Of a DNA stretch of 64,000 bases, positions 56,480-64,000 are shown piece after piece. The notes below the pieces were generated by a model. It saw only the letters and a list, made by a program, of their open reading frames with translations, was not told the DNA's origin and did no database searches. The first letter of the stretch is position 1; each line of letters begins with the position of its first letter. Position numbers and translations under genes: made by a program. This DNA comes from Chloroflexota bacterium. Lineage in GTDB: Bacteria; Chloroflexota; Dehalococcoidia; Dehalococcoidales; UBA2162. The DNA lies in NCBI GenBank assembly GCA_016190825.1, contig JACPPV010000009.1:65328-129327 (forward strand), read 5' to 3'.

Positions 56480-56991
56480 TTCGCCTGAGCTCCTCTTTGC
56501 TCCAGTACCCCCTTCAACATGCCAAGTAGTACCTCTTCCGTGGCGAGGTGCTGCTCAATTGCCTGGCAAAGCTGGCTGACGACTTGCTCCACGTTGAGTT
56601 TATAGAGGAGCAACTCCTCCTGCTTCATTTCCTGCAGTCTGGGGGCTGTCAGCACCGGTTTGGCTTGGCGGAATTGCTCCATAATCGCTCGATGTGTATT
56701 TATGATAGACTTCATGAGGAACTCACCGAGGAGGGGAGGCAGATATTTTTCCTCAAAGCCGAAGTGCCTTTCGAGGCCGTCATGGAGCAGCGTCCGGATT
56801 TCCTCAAGCCTGGACTGTTTTTCGAGTAAAGTCTCTATCGAGCTTTGGGTCCAGTGCGCATAGGCTCGCTGCAAATTGAAAAGCGCCTCCAGATCATTTG
56901 TCCGGCCTTCCGCCAGCTTGACCTGTCCTAAAAGGGCGTGGTGCTGGGCAATTACAGCGTTGATGATGCCCAGGTAATCCAGTTCTTGCAC
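56476..56991 (-). CDS. Hemerythrin/HHE-like domain protein, paralog 1
   Basis: HFGFEEKYLPPLL...NTHRAI and IEQHLATEEVLL. Shares DLEALFNLQR and other blocks with the downstream paralog. Confidence 0.55.
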   Translation of the reverse strand: MQELDYLGIINAVIAQHHALLGQVKLAEGRTNDLEALFNLQRAYAHWTQSSIETLLEKQSRLEEIRTLLHDGLERHFGFEEKYLPPLLGEFLMKSIINTHRAIMEQFRQAKPVLTAPRLQEMKQEELLLYKLNVEQVVSQLCQAIEQHLATEEVLLGMLKGVLEQRGAQAN

Positions 56992-57215
56992 TTCTTTCCT
57001 CCTTCACCGGGGGCTATCTGGTTATGACTTTTTATTCCGGGCTATCCCTCAAGCGTGGCGAATCAACGCATATCAAGATCTGATGGCCTGTGCCCCTCGT
57101 CACAAAATACCTGTAATTCAATGATAGTCCATTCCGTCCATGCCCACAAGAGGGCTTGTTTTCTCTTGCAAGCACAGTAATAAGGCTGCCTCACTTAGGA
57201 ACTGGCATTTGAGTA

Positions 57216-57245
57216 TTGACACTTCACTCAAATACACCGGATAAT
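57216..57245 (+). promoter_or_regulatory. Promoter-like TTGACA-18-GATAAT embedded in an 8-bp inverted repeat
   Basis: ATTTGAGT...ACTCAAAT flanks the TTGACA at 57216-57221. GATAAT lies at 57240-57245, upstream of the spermidine-synthase-like gene. Confidence 0.35.
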
Positions 57246-57299
57246 TTATAGTCAAATGTCGTGATTCACGGCATTCATGGGGGAGAACGGAGGTCTGTG

Positions 57300-58841
57300 A
57301 TGCGGGTTGCCTCAACACTTTGGAAAGCCAATGGAATCGCGTTTGCAAGCAGCTTTTGCGTAATGGTAATCGAGCTCATTGCGGCAAGGATCATGGCGCC
57401 GTATATCGGCGTATCACTTTATACGTGGACAAGCATTATCGGCGTGATTCTGGCGGGCATTGCTCTGGGCAACTACCTCGGGGGTAAGGTGGCAGACCGG
57501 TACCCCTCGCCCACGATTCTGTCATCCATATTCCTGGTAGGCGGGACGCTTACGCTATTAATTCTTCCGGCGACCAGATTGGTTGCCAGCGGCAACTTGT
57601 TTGGCGGCCTGCCTATTATATGGGACTTCGTTCTCAAGACCTCAGCCATCTTTTTTCTCCCGGCGATCATACTCAGTATGGTCTCGCCGATGGTTATCAA
57701 GCTTGCACTGGCCGATATAGGCCGTACCGGAGGAGTGGTTGGCACGATATACGCCTTTTCTACCACCGGTTCTATCCTGGGCACTTTCATGACCGGGTTC
57801 TTCTTCATCACTTGGTTTGGGACACGAGCCATTGTGTGGATGATTGCCGCCATCCTGATTATAATCGGAGTAGGCGTGTGGTTCCTGTGGAAAATGCCCG
57901 AAAGATGGCGTCTTTCTCTCAAAAATTTCATTTTTTGGGGAATCATTGTCTACGTTTTCTTGGTATTCGGGGTTGTCTTTCAGACCCGTGCCTCGTGGCA
58001 ACCGAATTTCACCAGGGAATCAAACTATTACACTATTCAGGTGGCAGACCGAGGGGTAGTCATAAAAACGGTCCGGCTTGATGACCTTATTCACAGCTAT
58101 GTTAACGTGGAAGACCCTACCGACCTCATTTATGATTACACAATAGTCTTTTCTGAGATCGTTCGATATTTTGCCCCGCAGAATCCCGCACCCCGGGTCC
58201 TTCATCTGGGCGGAGGCGGATACGCTTTTCCCCGTTACCTGGAAGCTCTGTATCCAGACAGCGTCAATGAGGTGGTTGAGATTGACCCGGTCGTAACTCA
58301 GATCGCTTATGAAGAGCTGGGGCTTGCCCGTGATACATCTGTAATAAGCCACAATCTGGACGCCCGTCTATTCCTGATGCAGCGCAAAAACGGTGAGAAG
58401 TTTGATCTCGTCGTCGGGGACGTTTTCAATGATAAAGCAACCCCTTTTCACCTGGCTACCCTCGAGTTCAACCGTATGGTTAAATCGAATATGAAAGAAA
58501 ACGGCGTTTACATGGTGAATATCATTGACGACTACGGGCGGGGACGGTACATGCCTTCCTTTGCCTATACCTTGAAACAGGTTTTTAAGTATGTTTACCT
58601 CTTCACCACAGGAGAAGATTGGGAGCAAGTAACGTTCGATACTTTCGTTCTGTTGGCGACTGACCGTCAGATTGACCTGGCGGAGTACCAGATGACGGTC
58701 CGGCAATCGGAGGCATTCCGCCCCTTTGGCAGCCCGCACGACGAAGCAGGATTTGAAGAATACCTGGTGGCAAGAAAGCCAATTCTTCTTACCGATGACC
58801 ATGTTCCGACCGATATCCTGATTGCACAGCTTCTAAAGTAG
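57300..58841 (+). CDS. Fused polytopic membrane domain / spermidine-synthase-like aminopropyltransferase
   Basis: About 7 TM helices followed by VLHLGGGGYAFPRYL and DLVVGDVFND (SAM-type fold of spermidine synthases). ATG at 57300 has GGAGG 6 nt upstream. The track GTG at 57261 is less likely. Confidence 0.8.
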   Translation: MRVASTLWKANGIAFASSFCVMVIELIAARIMAPYIGVSLYTWTSIIGVILAGIALGNYLGGKVADRYPSPTILSSIFLVGGTLTLLILPATRLVASGNLFGGLPIIWDFVLKTSAIFFLPAIILSMVSPMVIKLALADIGRTGGVVGTIYAFSTTGSILGTFMTGFFFITWFGTRAIVWMIAAILIIIGVGVWFLWKMPERWRLSLKNFIFWGIIVYVFLVFGVVFQTRASWQPNFTRESNYYTIQVADRGVVIKTVRLDDLIHSYVNVEDPTDLIYDYTIVFSEIVRYFAPQNPAPRVLHLGGGGYAFPRYLEALYPDSVNEVVEIDPVVTQIAYEELGLARDTSVISHNLDARLFLMQRKNGEKFDLVVGDVFNDKATPFHLATLEFNRMVKSNMKENGVYMVNIIDDYGRGRYMPSFAYTLKQVFKYVYLFTTGEDWEQVTFDTFVLLATDRQIDLAEYQMTVRQSEAFRPFGSPHDEAGFEEYLVARKPILLTDDHVPTDILIAQLLK

Positions 58842-59094
58842 ACGTGCGCCAAAGCACTGAAAAGGCCATTGGTCCCTCAACCAAGTAGTGTGCCTTTACC
58901 GGCCCCCTGTCCTCCCTGAAAGGGCGCAAAGAACACAAAAAAGGACTCCTGCATTTGCGGATTGTTGCGGAGCAGGGCGAGGATTTTGCCTGGAACAGCT
59001 ACCAAACAATGCCACTTTGCAGACTCAGGGCAGCTCCAGCCCCTTTTAACCGATGCCGCCGTTTGTACGGATAACGGTATGTTCTGATAGCAAA

Positions 59095-59406
59095 CTAGCG
59101 CTGACGGTCTGGTCTCATCTTAGAATAGCAATCACTGCAGTAGACCGGTCTACCCAGCCTGGGTTCAAAAGGCACCTGGGTATCTTTTCCGCATTCGGCA
59201 CAAACCGCGGGGAACAACTGCCGGGTAGAGCCGGAATTGAAGTTGCCCTCGCCGGAATGGGTTGAGCGGCGTGACTGGCGGCAAGTAGGGCACCGCTTCG
59301 GCTCGTTAGCATAGCCTTTTGTAGCAAAGAATTCTTGTTCCCCCGCCGTGAACACAAAGTTTACCCCACAATCAGAGCACTGGATTGCCTTGTCTTGTAA
59401 TGTCAC
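59095..59406 (-). CDS. Double zinc-ribbon protein (zf-trcl-like plus CxxC-x17-CxxC)
   Basis: CSDCGVNFVFTAGEQEFFATKGYANEPKRCPTCR and CAECG-x17-CSDC. GTG start with GGGAGG 7 nt upstream. Confidence 0.8.
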   Translation of the reverse strand: MTLQDKAIQCSDCGVNFVFTAGEQEFFATKGYANEPKRCPTCRQSRRSTHSGEGNFNSGSTRQLFPAVCAECGKDTQVPFEPRLGRPVYCSDCYSKMRPDRQR

Positions 59407-59407
59407 C

Positions 59408-59458
59408 GGATGACCTCCCTCTTTGTTCTTTTACTCGCAGGCTGAGTCCAGGTCATCC
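59408..59458 (-). promoter_or_regulatory. 9-bp perfect hairpin in the 5' leader that partly covers the SD of the zinc-ribbon gene
   Basis: GGATGACCT (59408-59416) pairs with AGGTCATCC (59450-59458), with a 33-nt loop. The SD (59414-59419) overlaps one arm by 3 nt. Confidence 0.35.
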
Positions 59459-59591
59459 ATCACTTGGCTTCCGAATCCGGCACCCCGCCGCCGGCAATAG
59501 AACCCACCAATCATACGATAACCTTTCGTAAACCAGCGTGTATATTATATACATAAAGACCATCTCGTTTGTCAAATACCAGCGGCAAGCG

Positions 59592-61088
59592 TCAGCTTTT
59601 TGGCGATGTCATCAGTTGGCGCAATAATCTCCATAGTGCGTTGGCATGTCTCAATACCGCTTCTTCTGCCTGGAGCGCCCCATAGCGGACACCTATGTAA
59701 AGCTCCGTCAGTTCAACAAGCGGGGCGCTACCTTCGGGTACCGCTGCCTGTAATCGCCTGACGTATTCGTAGGGAGTTTCCCAGTGATGGCGGGTGACGC
59801 CAACTTCGGAAGCTTCACGGAGCAAACGGCGGTATATCTCCCGAACGTCCATTATATCTTCATGATCATTCTCATCGTGGTTGTGCAGTCTCTCCTGAGC
59901 AGTACGCTCACTGCCGCGGCGTAGGAGTGATCCCAGAAAAAGGCGCAGGTCTGTCTTGAGTCCCGTCCAGCTCCACAGGGACTCATGAAATTCCTCAATT
60001 CCTGAATCGCTTTCCCGGGAACGATAGCGGAAAACAGCCCATGCCATCAAAAATAACACTCCTGCCAGGATGATGCCAAAAAGGCTCCATTTTATCACCA
60101 TGATGATTTCTGGCGAAAGAAACCGTCCCGGCAGTTCTTCGGTCTGTTCGCCAAGTCCTGTAACATTGGCCGATGGCAAGGCAGGGATCTCTTTCCCTAA
60201 TATGAGATTGATGAAAAACATGACGATCCAGTACACCACTTGCCCTATCAGTCCGAAGGGAATAGAGATAATAACTATCAACCATACCAGCCCTTCAAAT
60301 GCCAGGTCCATTAATCGTTGCAGTAGAGTGACAAACTCTGAAGAGATCACCCCCGTAGCCGCCATAGCTATGAGGACTATCCCGCTGATGAGTCCAGAAA
60401 GCAGCGAAAGCCAGCGGCGGCTGAAAAGCAGGGCGTTCTCTCCGGCTTTCCTCATCCTTTCCTGGAGGACATGGAAATTGCCCAGTGCTAACGCCATAAG
60501 CCCAAAAAAGAAAAAACCGGCCGCATACAGCATTATTGAGGACACAGGCATTCCGGGAAGGCTTATTCCCCACATGATAACTGACAGAACCATGAAGACA
60601 ATGCCGGCAACAAAGGACCGGTATATGTCTTTGGAATCAAGATACGAGCGTCCCCACGCTATGCCCCGCCACCAGAGAAAAAGACCCAAAAAAGGCGCGC
60701 CGACCATGGTATGGGGATGGGAAAAGCTATCGAGGAAGATTCTCCCCGCCTGGAAAAACCACTCGTCTCCGAACAACCTGAAGCCGCCGCCATACTCGAT
60801 GCGCACCACGGTAAAAACAGCGGCCAATCCGGCGGTTACTATCAGCAGCCGCACCCAGCGCAGCCGCCACGGGCGGTTGATCAGGAAACGGCTAAGGGAC
60901 TGTGAGACGGTTAGAAGCAGAATGACAGATGCAAGACTTAGCGGCGGGCGCGGCGCGGCGAAAAGCGGCAGGTTCCCCACCCAGATGAACCAGGGATATA
61001 GCCAGAATGACTCCATGAGGAGTACCATCATCGGAAAGATGATGACGCCAAACCACCGGACTTTGAACAGCCTGCTAATCATATTCAC
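59592..61088 (-). CDS. Polytopic membrane protein with a C-terminal DUF4129-like domain
   Basis: Many TM helices. The C-terminal YRRLLREASEVGVTRHHWETPYEYVRRL...ELTELYIGVRYG fits the DUF4129 pattern (from memory). Downstream of DUF58 and MoxR. Confidence 0.65.
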   Translation of the reverse strand: MNMISRLFKVRWFGVIIFPMMVLLMESFWLYPWFIWVGNLPLFAAPRPPLSLASVILLLTVSQSLSRFLINRPWRLRWVRLLIVTAGLAAVFTVVRIEYGGGFRLFGDEWFFQAGRIFLDSFSHPHTMVGAPFLGLFLWWRGIAWGRSYLDSKDIYRSFVAGIVFMVLSVIMWGISLPGMPVSSIMLYAAGFFFFGLMALALGNFHVLQERMRKAGENALLFSRRWLSLLSGLISGIVLIAMAATGVISSEFVTLLQRLMDLAFEGLVWLIVIISIPFGLIGQVVYWIVMFFINLILGKEIPALPSANVTGLGEQTEELPGRFLSPEIIMVIKWSLFGIILAGVLFLMAWAVFRYRSRESDSGIEEFHESLWSWTGLKTDLRLFLGSLLRRGSERTAQERLHNHDENDHEDIMDVREIYRRLLREASEVGVTRHHWETPYEYVRRLQAAVPEGSAPLVELTELYIGVRYGALQAEEAVLRHANALWRLLRQLMTSPKS

Positions 61089-61117
61089 GCTTTCTCGCCG
61101 CTAGTCTAACGTTGGAT

Positions 61118-62350
61118 TCAATGCGATGTTTCCAAGAGTGAAAGCGAATCCATCTCCCGCCACGGAAGGTCGCCCCGGATGTGATACCTGGTCAGGCCGT
61201 CCGTCCCTGGCAGCCCCTCTTTGCCGCCCACCGTAAGCAGGACAACCCGCCGTCCGATGCGTTTCATATTAAGAAGAGTGGAAAGAAGCGCATCTGTCGG
61301 AACAGCAGCAATTACAACCAGGCTACTGCCCCAGGGAAGATTCCGGCTTTCCTGCTGGACAAACCGGGCAATTGAAACGCTCTCCGTCCCGTGCACCTGT
61401 GCCAGCGCCTCCAGCATCAAGCGAAACTGGTCGGCATGTTGACTGGGGGGCAGCTTCACTGTCTGGTTATCTTCCCATTTGCTCTGGTTAACGTACAGTC
61501 CCACCCGGTAGCCCTGTGACAGTCCATGATTGGCGACAGATGCCGCCGTTATCACCGCCAGTTCCAGAAGCTGTGGCTCGCTCCCCCACAAAGGCGGTTC
61601 AACGGTGCGGACATCCAGGAAAATCCCCACGTCAATAGTGGTCGTGGTCTCGGCAATCTTGGTCTGGAGCTGCCCGGTTTTGGCAGACGTTTTCCAGTGA
61701 ATTCGTTTCAGGCTATCGCCGGGGCTGTAGTCCCTTACACCCAGAGTGAGCAGCGGGTCGGGATGGATGTGCCTCTTGACAAGAATATCGCCGACCGGCT
61801 GCCGCGAAGGGATTCCGAGCGTCTCAAGAGAAACTATCCTGGGATACACGATGAGGTGCTCTTCCGCCGCTACCTCCACCTCCCGGTCAAAAAAACCGAA
61901 GATGTCGCCGGAGCGGATTCGCGCCGGCCCGAAGGAGAAGTAACCCCTCTGCGCACACTTCACCGGATAGCGCCGTACGGTCTTGTGATACCAGGGGAGG
62001 GAAAAGAAATTGCCCAGCACCTGGCGCGCCGGCTGGCTTGATTGATAGGTCTTTCCCTTTAGGAGAGTCACCTGGTCCGGAATCTCATCTTCTACCTGGA
62101 GCCAGGGCAACGGCAGCGGCTTCCGATTGCTCACTTCAACTTCAAGCTGTATTTCCTCTCCAAAAAATACGCGATTGCTGCTTAACCGGCGCCGGTATTC
62201 AACCCGGTTGAGACAGAACCGTCCCCAAAGTCTTGCCAAGCTGCCGGCGAGGAAAAAGGTGATTGCGATCATAAAGAGCGGCACCTGGCGCAGAATCAGG
62301 CTGGCAAGAAGAAGCAATACCGTGATGGGAAGCCACAGCCCACCAAGCAT
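61118..62350 (-). CDS. DUF58-family protein (vWA-like, MoxR partner)
   Basis: Two N-terminal TM helices, then the RRY/DIRxY-type region (GVRDYSPGDSLKRIHWKTSAK), typical of DUF58. Confidence 0.8.
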   Translation of the reverse strand: MLGGLWLPITVLLLLASLILRQVPLFMIAITFFLAGSLARLWGRFCLNRVEYRRRLSSNRVFFGEEIQLEVEVSNRKPLPLPWLQVEDEIPDQVTLLKGKTYQSSQPARQVLGNFFSLPWYHKTVRRYPVKCAQRGYFSFGPARIRSGDIFGFFDREVEVAAEEHLIVYPRIVSLETLGIPSRQPVGDILVKRHIHPDPLLTLGVRDYSPGDSLKRIHWKTSAKTGQLQTKIAETTTTIDVGIFLDVRTVEPPLWGSEPQLLELAVITAASVANHGLSQGYRVGLYVNQSKWEDNQTVKLPPSQHADQFRLMLEALAQVHGTESVSIARFVQQESRNLPWGSSLVVIAAVPTDALLSTLLNMKRIGRRVVLLTVGGKEGLPGTDGLTRYHIRGDLPWREMDSLSLLETSH

Positions 62351-62353
62351 GAG

Positions 62354-63394
62354 CTATCCTTCCTTGACGCCGGCTTCCTCTTCAACCGGCACGGATACCG
62401 CGCTGATAATCTCATTGAGGATATCCTCGGTTGTCCGGCCGCGAAGATGGCTATCAACTTTGGTAATCAAGCGGTGTGCCAGAACAAAGGCAGCGATATA
62501 TTTTATGTCATCCGGGATGACAAAGGCGCGTCCGCGGAGCGCAGCCAGCACCTGTACCGCATGATAGAGCGCCAGCATGGCACGGGGACTTGCCCCAAGC
62601 TGAAGCATGGCATGTTCCCGGGTGGCGCGAATAAGGCGGATGATATAGTCCTCTACTTCAGCCGCCACCAGGACTTCACGGCAAAGACTCTGTATGTGGA
62701 GGAGATGGTCAGAAGTGACTACCGGGGTCAGTTCTTCGAGCGGGTCAGCCCGGCGGAAGCGGGCCAATATCTCACGGTCGTCCGCAGCAGTCGGATAACC
62801 CATCCTGATGCGCAGAAGAAACCGGTCGAGTTGAGCTTCAGGCAGAGGGAAAGTCCCCTCAAGCTCGATAGGGTTCTGGGTCGCCAGCACCATGAAAGGA
62901 CGGGGCAATGGCCGAGTCTCACCCTCGGCGGTGACCTGCCGCTCCTGCATTGCTTCAAGCAGGGCGGACTGCGTCCGTGGGGTCGCCCGGTTGATTTCAT
63001 CGGCCAGGACTACCTGCGCCATGATCGGTCCCGGGCGGAACTCGAACTCGGCGGTCTTCTGATTGAAAATGTAGGTTCCCGTGATGTCTGAGGGTAGCAG
63101 GTCCGGGGTACACTGGATGCGGCGAAAGGTGCACCCGAGCGACCGGGCGATGGCTTTTGCCAACGTGGTCTTTCCGATGCCAGGTATGTCCTCGATGAGG
63201 ACGTGCCCCTCACACAAAAGGGCGACTATCGCCAGCTCCACGGCGTCATCCTTACCCACAACGACCCGGCCCACATTTTCCTTGACCGTCCTGCCGAGTT
63301 GACTCACCTTTAAGACTGCTTTGTCATCCACCGGGGTGCCTCCAGACTCCGATAGTTCTACAGGTATTATAGCAGATAGTCCAACCGCCTCCAT
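62354..63394 (-). CDS. MoxR-family AAA+ ATPase
   Basis: GHVLIEDIPGIGKTTLAKAIA Walker A and VLADEINRATPRTQSALLEAMQE. The ATG at 63394 gives 346 aa. The track GTG at 63511 would overlap the divergent gene. Confidence 0.88.
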   Translation of the reverse strand: MEAVGLSAIIPVELSESGGTPVDDKAVLKVSQLGRTVKENVGRVVVGKDDAVELAIVALLCEGHVLIEDIPGIGKTTLAKAIARSLGCTFRRIQCTPDLLPSDITGTYIFNQKTAEFEFRPGPIMAQVVLADEINRATPRTQSALLEAMQERQVTAEGETRPLPRPFMVLATQNPIELEGTFPLPEAQLDRFLLRIRMGYPTAADDREILARFRRADPLEELTPVVTSDHLLHIQSLCREVLVAAEVEDYIIRLIRATREHAMLQLGASPRAMLALYHAVQVLAALRGRAFVIPDDIKYIAAFVLAHRLITKVDSHLRGRTTEDILNEIISAVSVPVEEEAGVKEG

Positions 63395-63463
63395 AGCCTT
63401 CCACAACCGGTTGAACAAATGGACGGCAACGTTTAGAATAGGGTGGAAGGAATAAAGGAATAC

Positions 63464-63904
63464 ATGATCTGTCCGGTCTGCAATAGTCTCCTGGTGGTTG
63501 TTGAATATCACCGGATTGAACTCGATTTCTGTCCCCGTTGCCAGGGAGTATGGTTTGATTCCGGTGAAGTGGAGCTTTTATTGAAATCGACCGGCAGAGA
63601 AGATGCTCCCCGGTTTCTTGACGACCTATTGACGGGTAAAGATGCTGCACGGGCTGAAGGCAAGCGGAAATGCCCAATCTGTCACCGCGCGATGAGGAAA
63701 ACTGCCTGCAGCCAGCAACCAGGGATACTTATCGATGCGTGCCGAAATAAAGACGGCCTCTGGTTTGACGGTGGCGAGATTGACCAGCTCCTGAGACAAA
63801 TTGCAGGCACGAGGACGACAGCACCGGACACTCTCCCGCCAGTGGCGGCTTTCCTGGCTGAGACATTCGAAGGGCGGGACCGTACGGCAAAATCCGCCGG
63901 TTAA
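63464..63904 (+). CDS. TFIIB-type zinc-ribbon protein (two zf-TFIIB-like repeats)
   Basis: CPVCNSLL...LDFCPRCQGVWFDSGEVELLL and CPICHRAM...IDACRNKDGLWFDGGEIDQLL. ATG at 63464 follows AAGGAATAAAGGA. Confidence 0.7.
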   Translation: MICPVCNSLLVVVEYHRIELDFCPRCQGVWFDSGEVELLLKSTGREDAPRFLDDLLTGKDAARAEGKRKCPICHRAMRKTACSQQPGILIDACRNKDGLWFDGGEIDQLLRQIAGTRTTAPDTLPPVAAFLAETFEGRDRTAKSAG

Positions 63905-63918
63905 CAGGAGGTCTGCAA

Positions 63919-64000
63919 ATGATAGCGCTCTGGGTAACCATCGGAGTTATTGTCCTCCTTGTCATCATCTATGTTGCTACTTACAACAGGCTGGTCGGGC
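63919..64000 (+). CDS. LemA-family protein, N-terminal fragment (runs off the right edge)
   Basis: AGGAGG 7 nt upstream of the ATG. MIALWVTIGVIVLLVIIYVATYNRLVG has a TM helix followed by YNRLV, typical of LemA. Confidence 0.65.
   Translation, partial: MIALWVTIGVIVLLVIIYVATYNRLVG

Overview
This 64-kb window looks like chromosome from an anaerobic bacterium. My guess of a Chloroflexota/Dehalococcoidia-like lineage is inference only, from gene content and repeat style. Coding density is high and no rRNA, tRNA, CRISPR array, transposase or integrase is visible.

Core content, left to right:
- A minus-strand Wood-Ljungdahl/C1 cluster (1-10960): acsB (partial), cooS, a Fur-family regulator, acsD, two tandem folD paralogs, two cooC, and fhs.
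- An amino-sugar operon: glmM, two archaeal-type GlmU-like genes, glmS.
- Housekeeping genes: yebC-ruvC-ruvA, uvrB, ftsK, RNase J, a family-4 UDG, glyA, prs, secA.
- A type IV pilus-like cluster: pilT, a REC regulator, pilB, pilC, pilN/O/M-like genes.
- Further right: pcrA, mutL, rnhA, a presenilin/SPP-type GxGD protease, two hemerythrin-like paralogs, a membrane-fused spermidine-synthase-like protein, a MoxR-DUF58-DUF4129 module, and zf-TFIIB/LemA.

Accessory content sits in small, visibly AT-richer islets wedged against DNA-metabolism genes:
- A Shedu-like (DUF4263-type) nuclease with an unrecognised N-terminal half and a small partner, upstream of uvrB.
- hicBA, a HEPN-like/coiled-coil gene with a GNAT, and an AbrB plus RelE/ParE-like pair, between uvrB and ftsK.
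- A methylase-less three-gene cassette between pcrA and mutL: a Zn-ribbon protein, a possible BamHI/BglII-fold protein, and a PD-(D/E)xK ORF with no start codon.
- A BglII-like type II R-M pair between mutL and rnhA.

Three of these islets are bounded by direct duplications of the host sequence at the insertion point, and none carries a recombinase:
- a perfect 40-bp copy of the mutL 3' end;
- a 54-nt copy (45/54 identical) of the ftsK 3' end;
- a 31-nt copy (24/31 identical) of the mutL promoter.

Other observations: complementary motif loss in the two folD copies, a consensus promoter with a palindrome in front of the embedded Fur-family gene, mutually exclusive hairpins inside the fhs-cooC spacer, three families of short palindromic intergenic repeats, and apparently leaderless pcrA and mutL. 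All protein family calls come from reading the translations and recalling family motifs. No database search was run.
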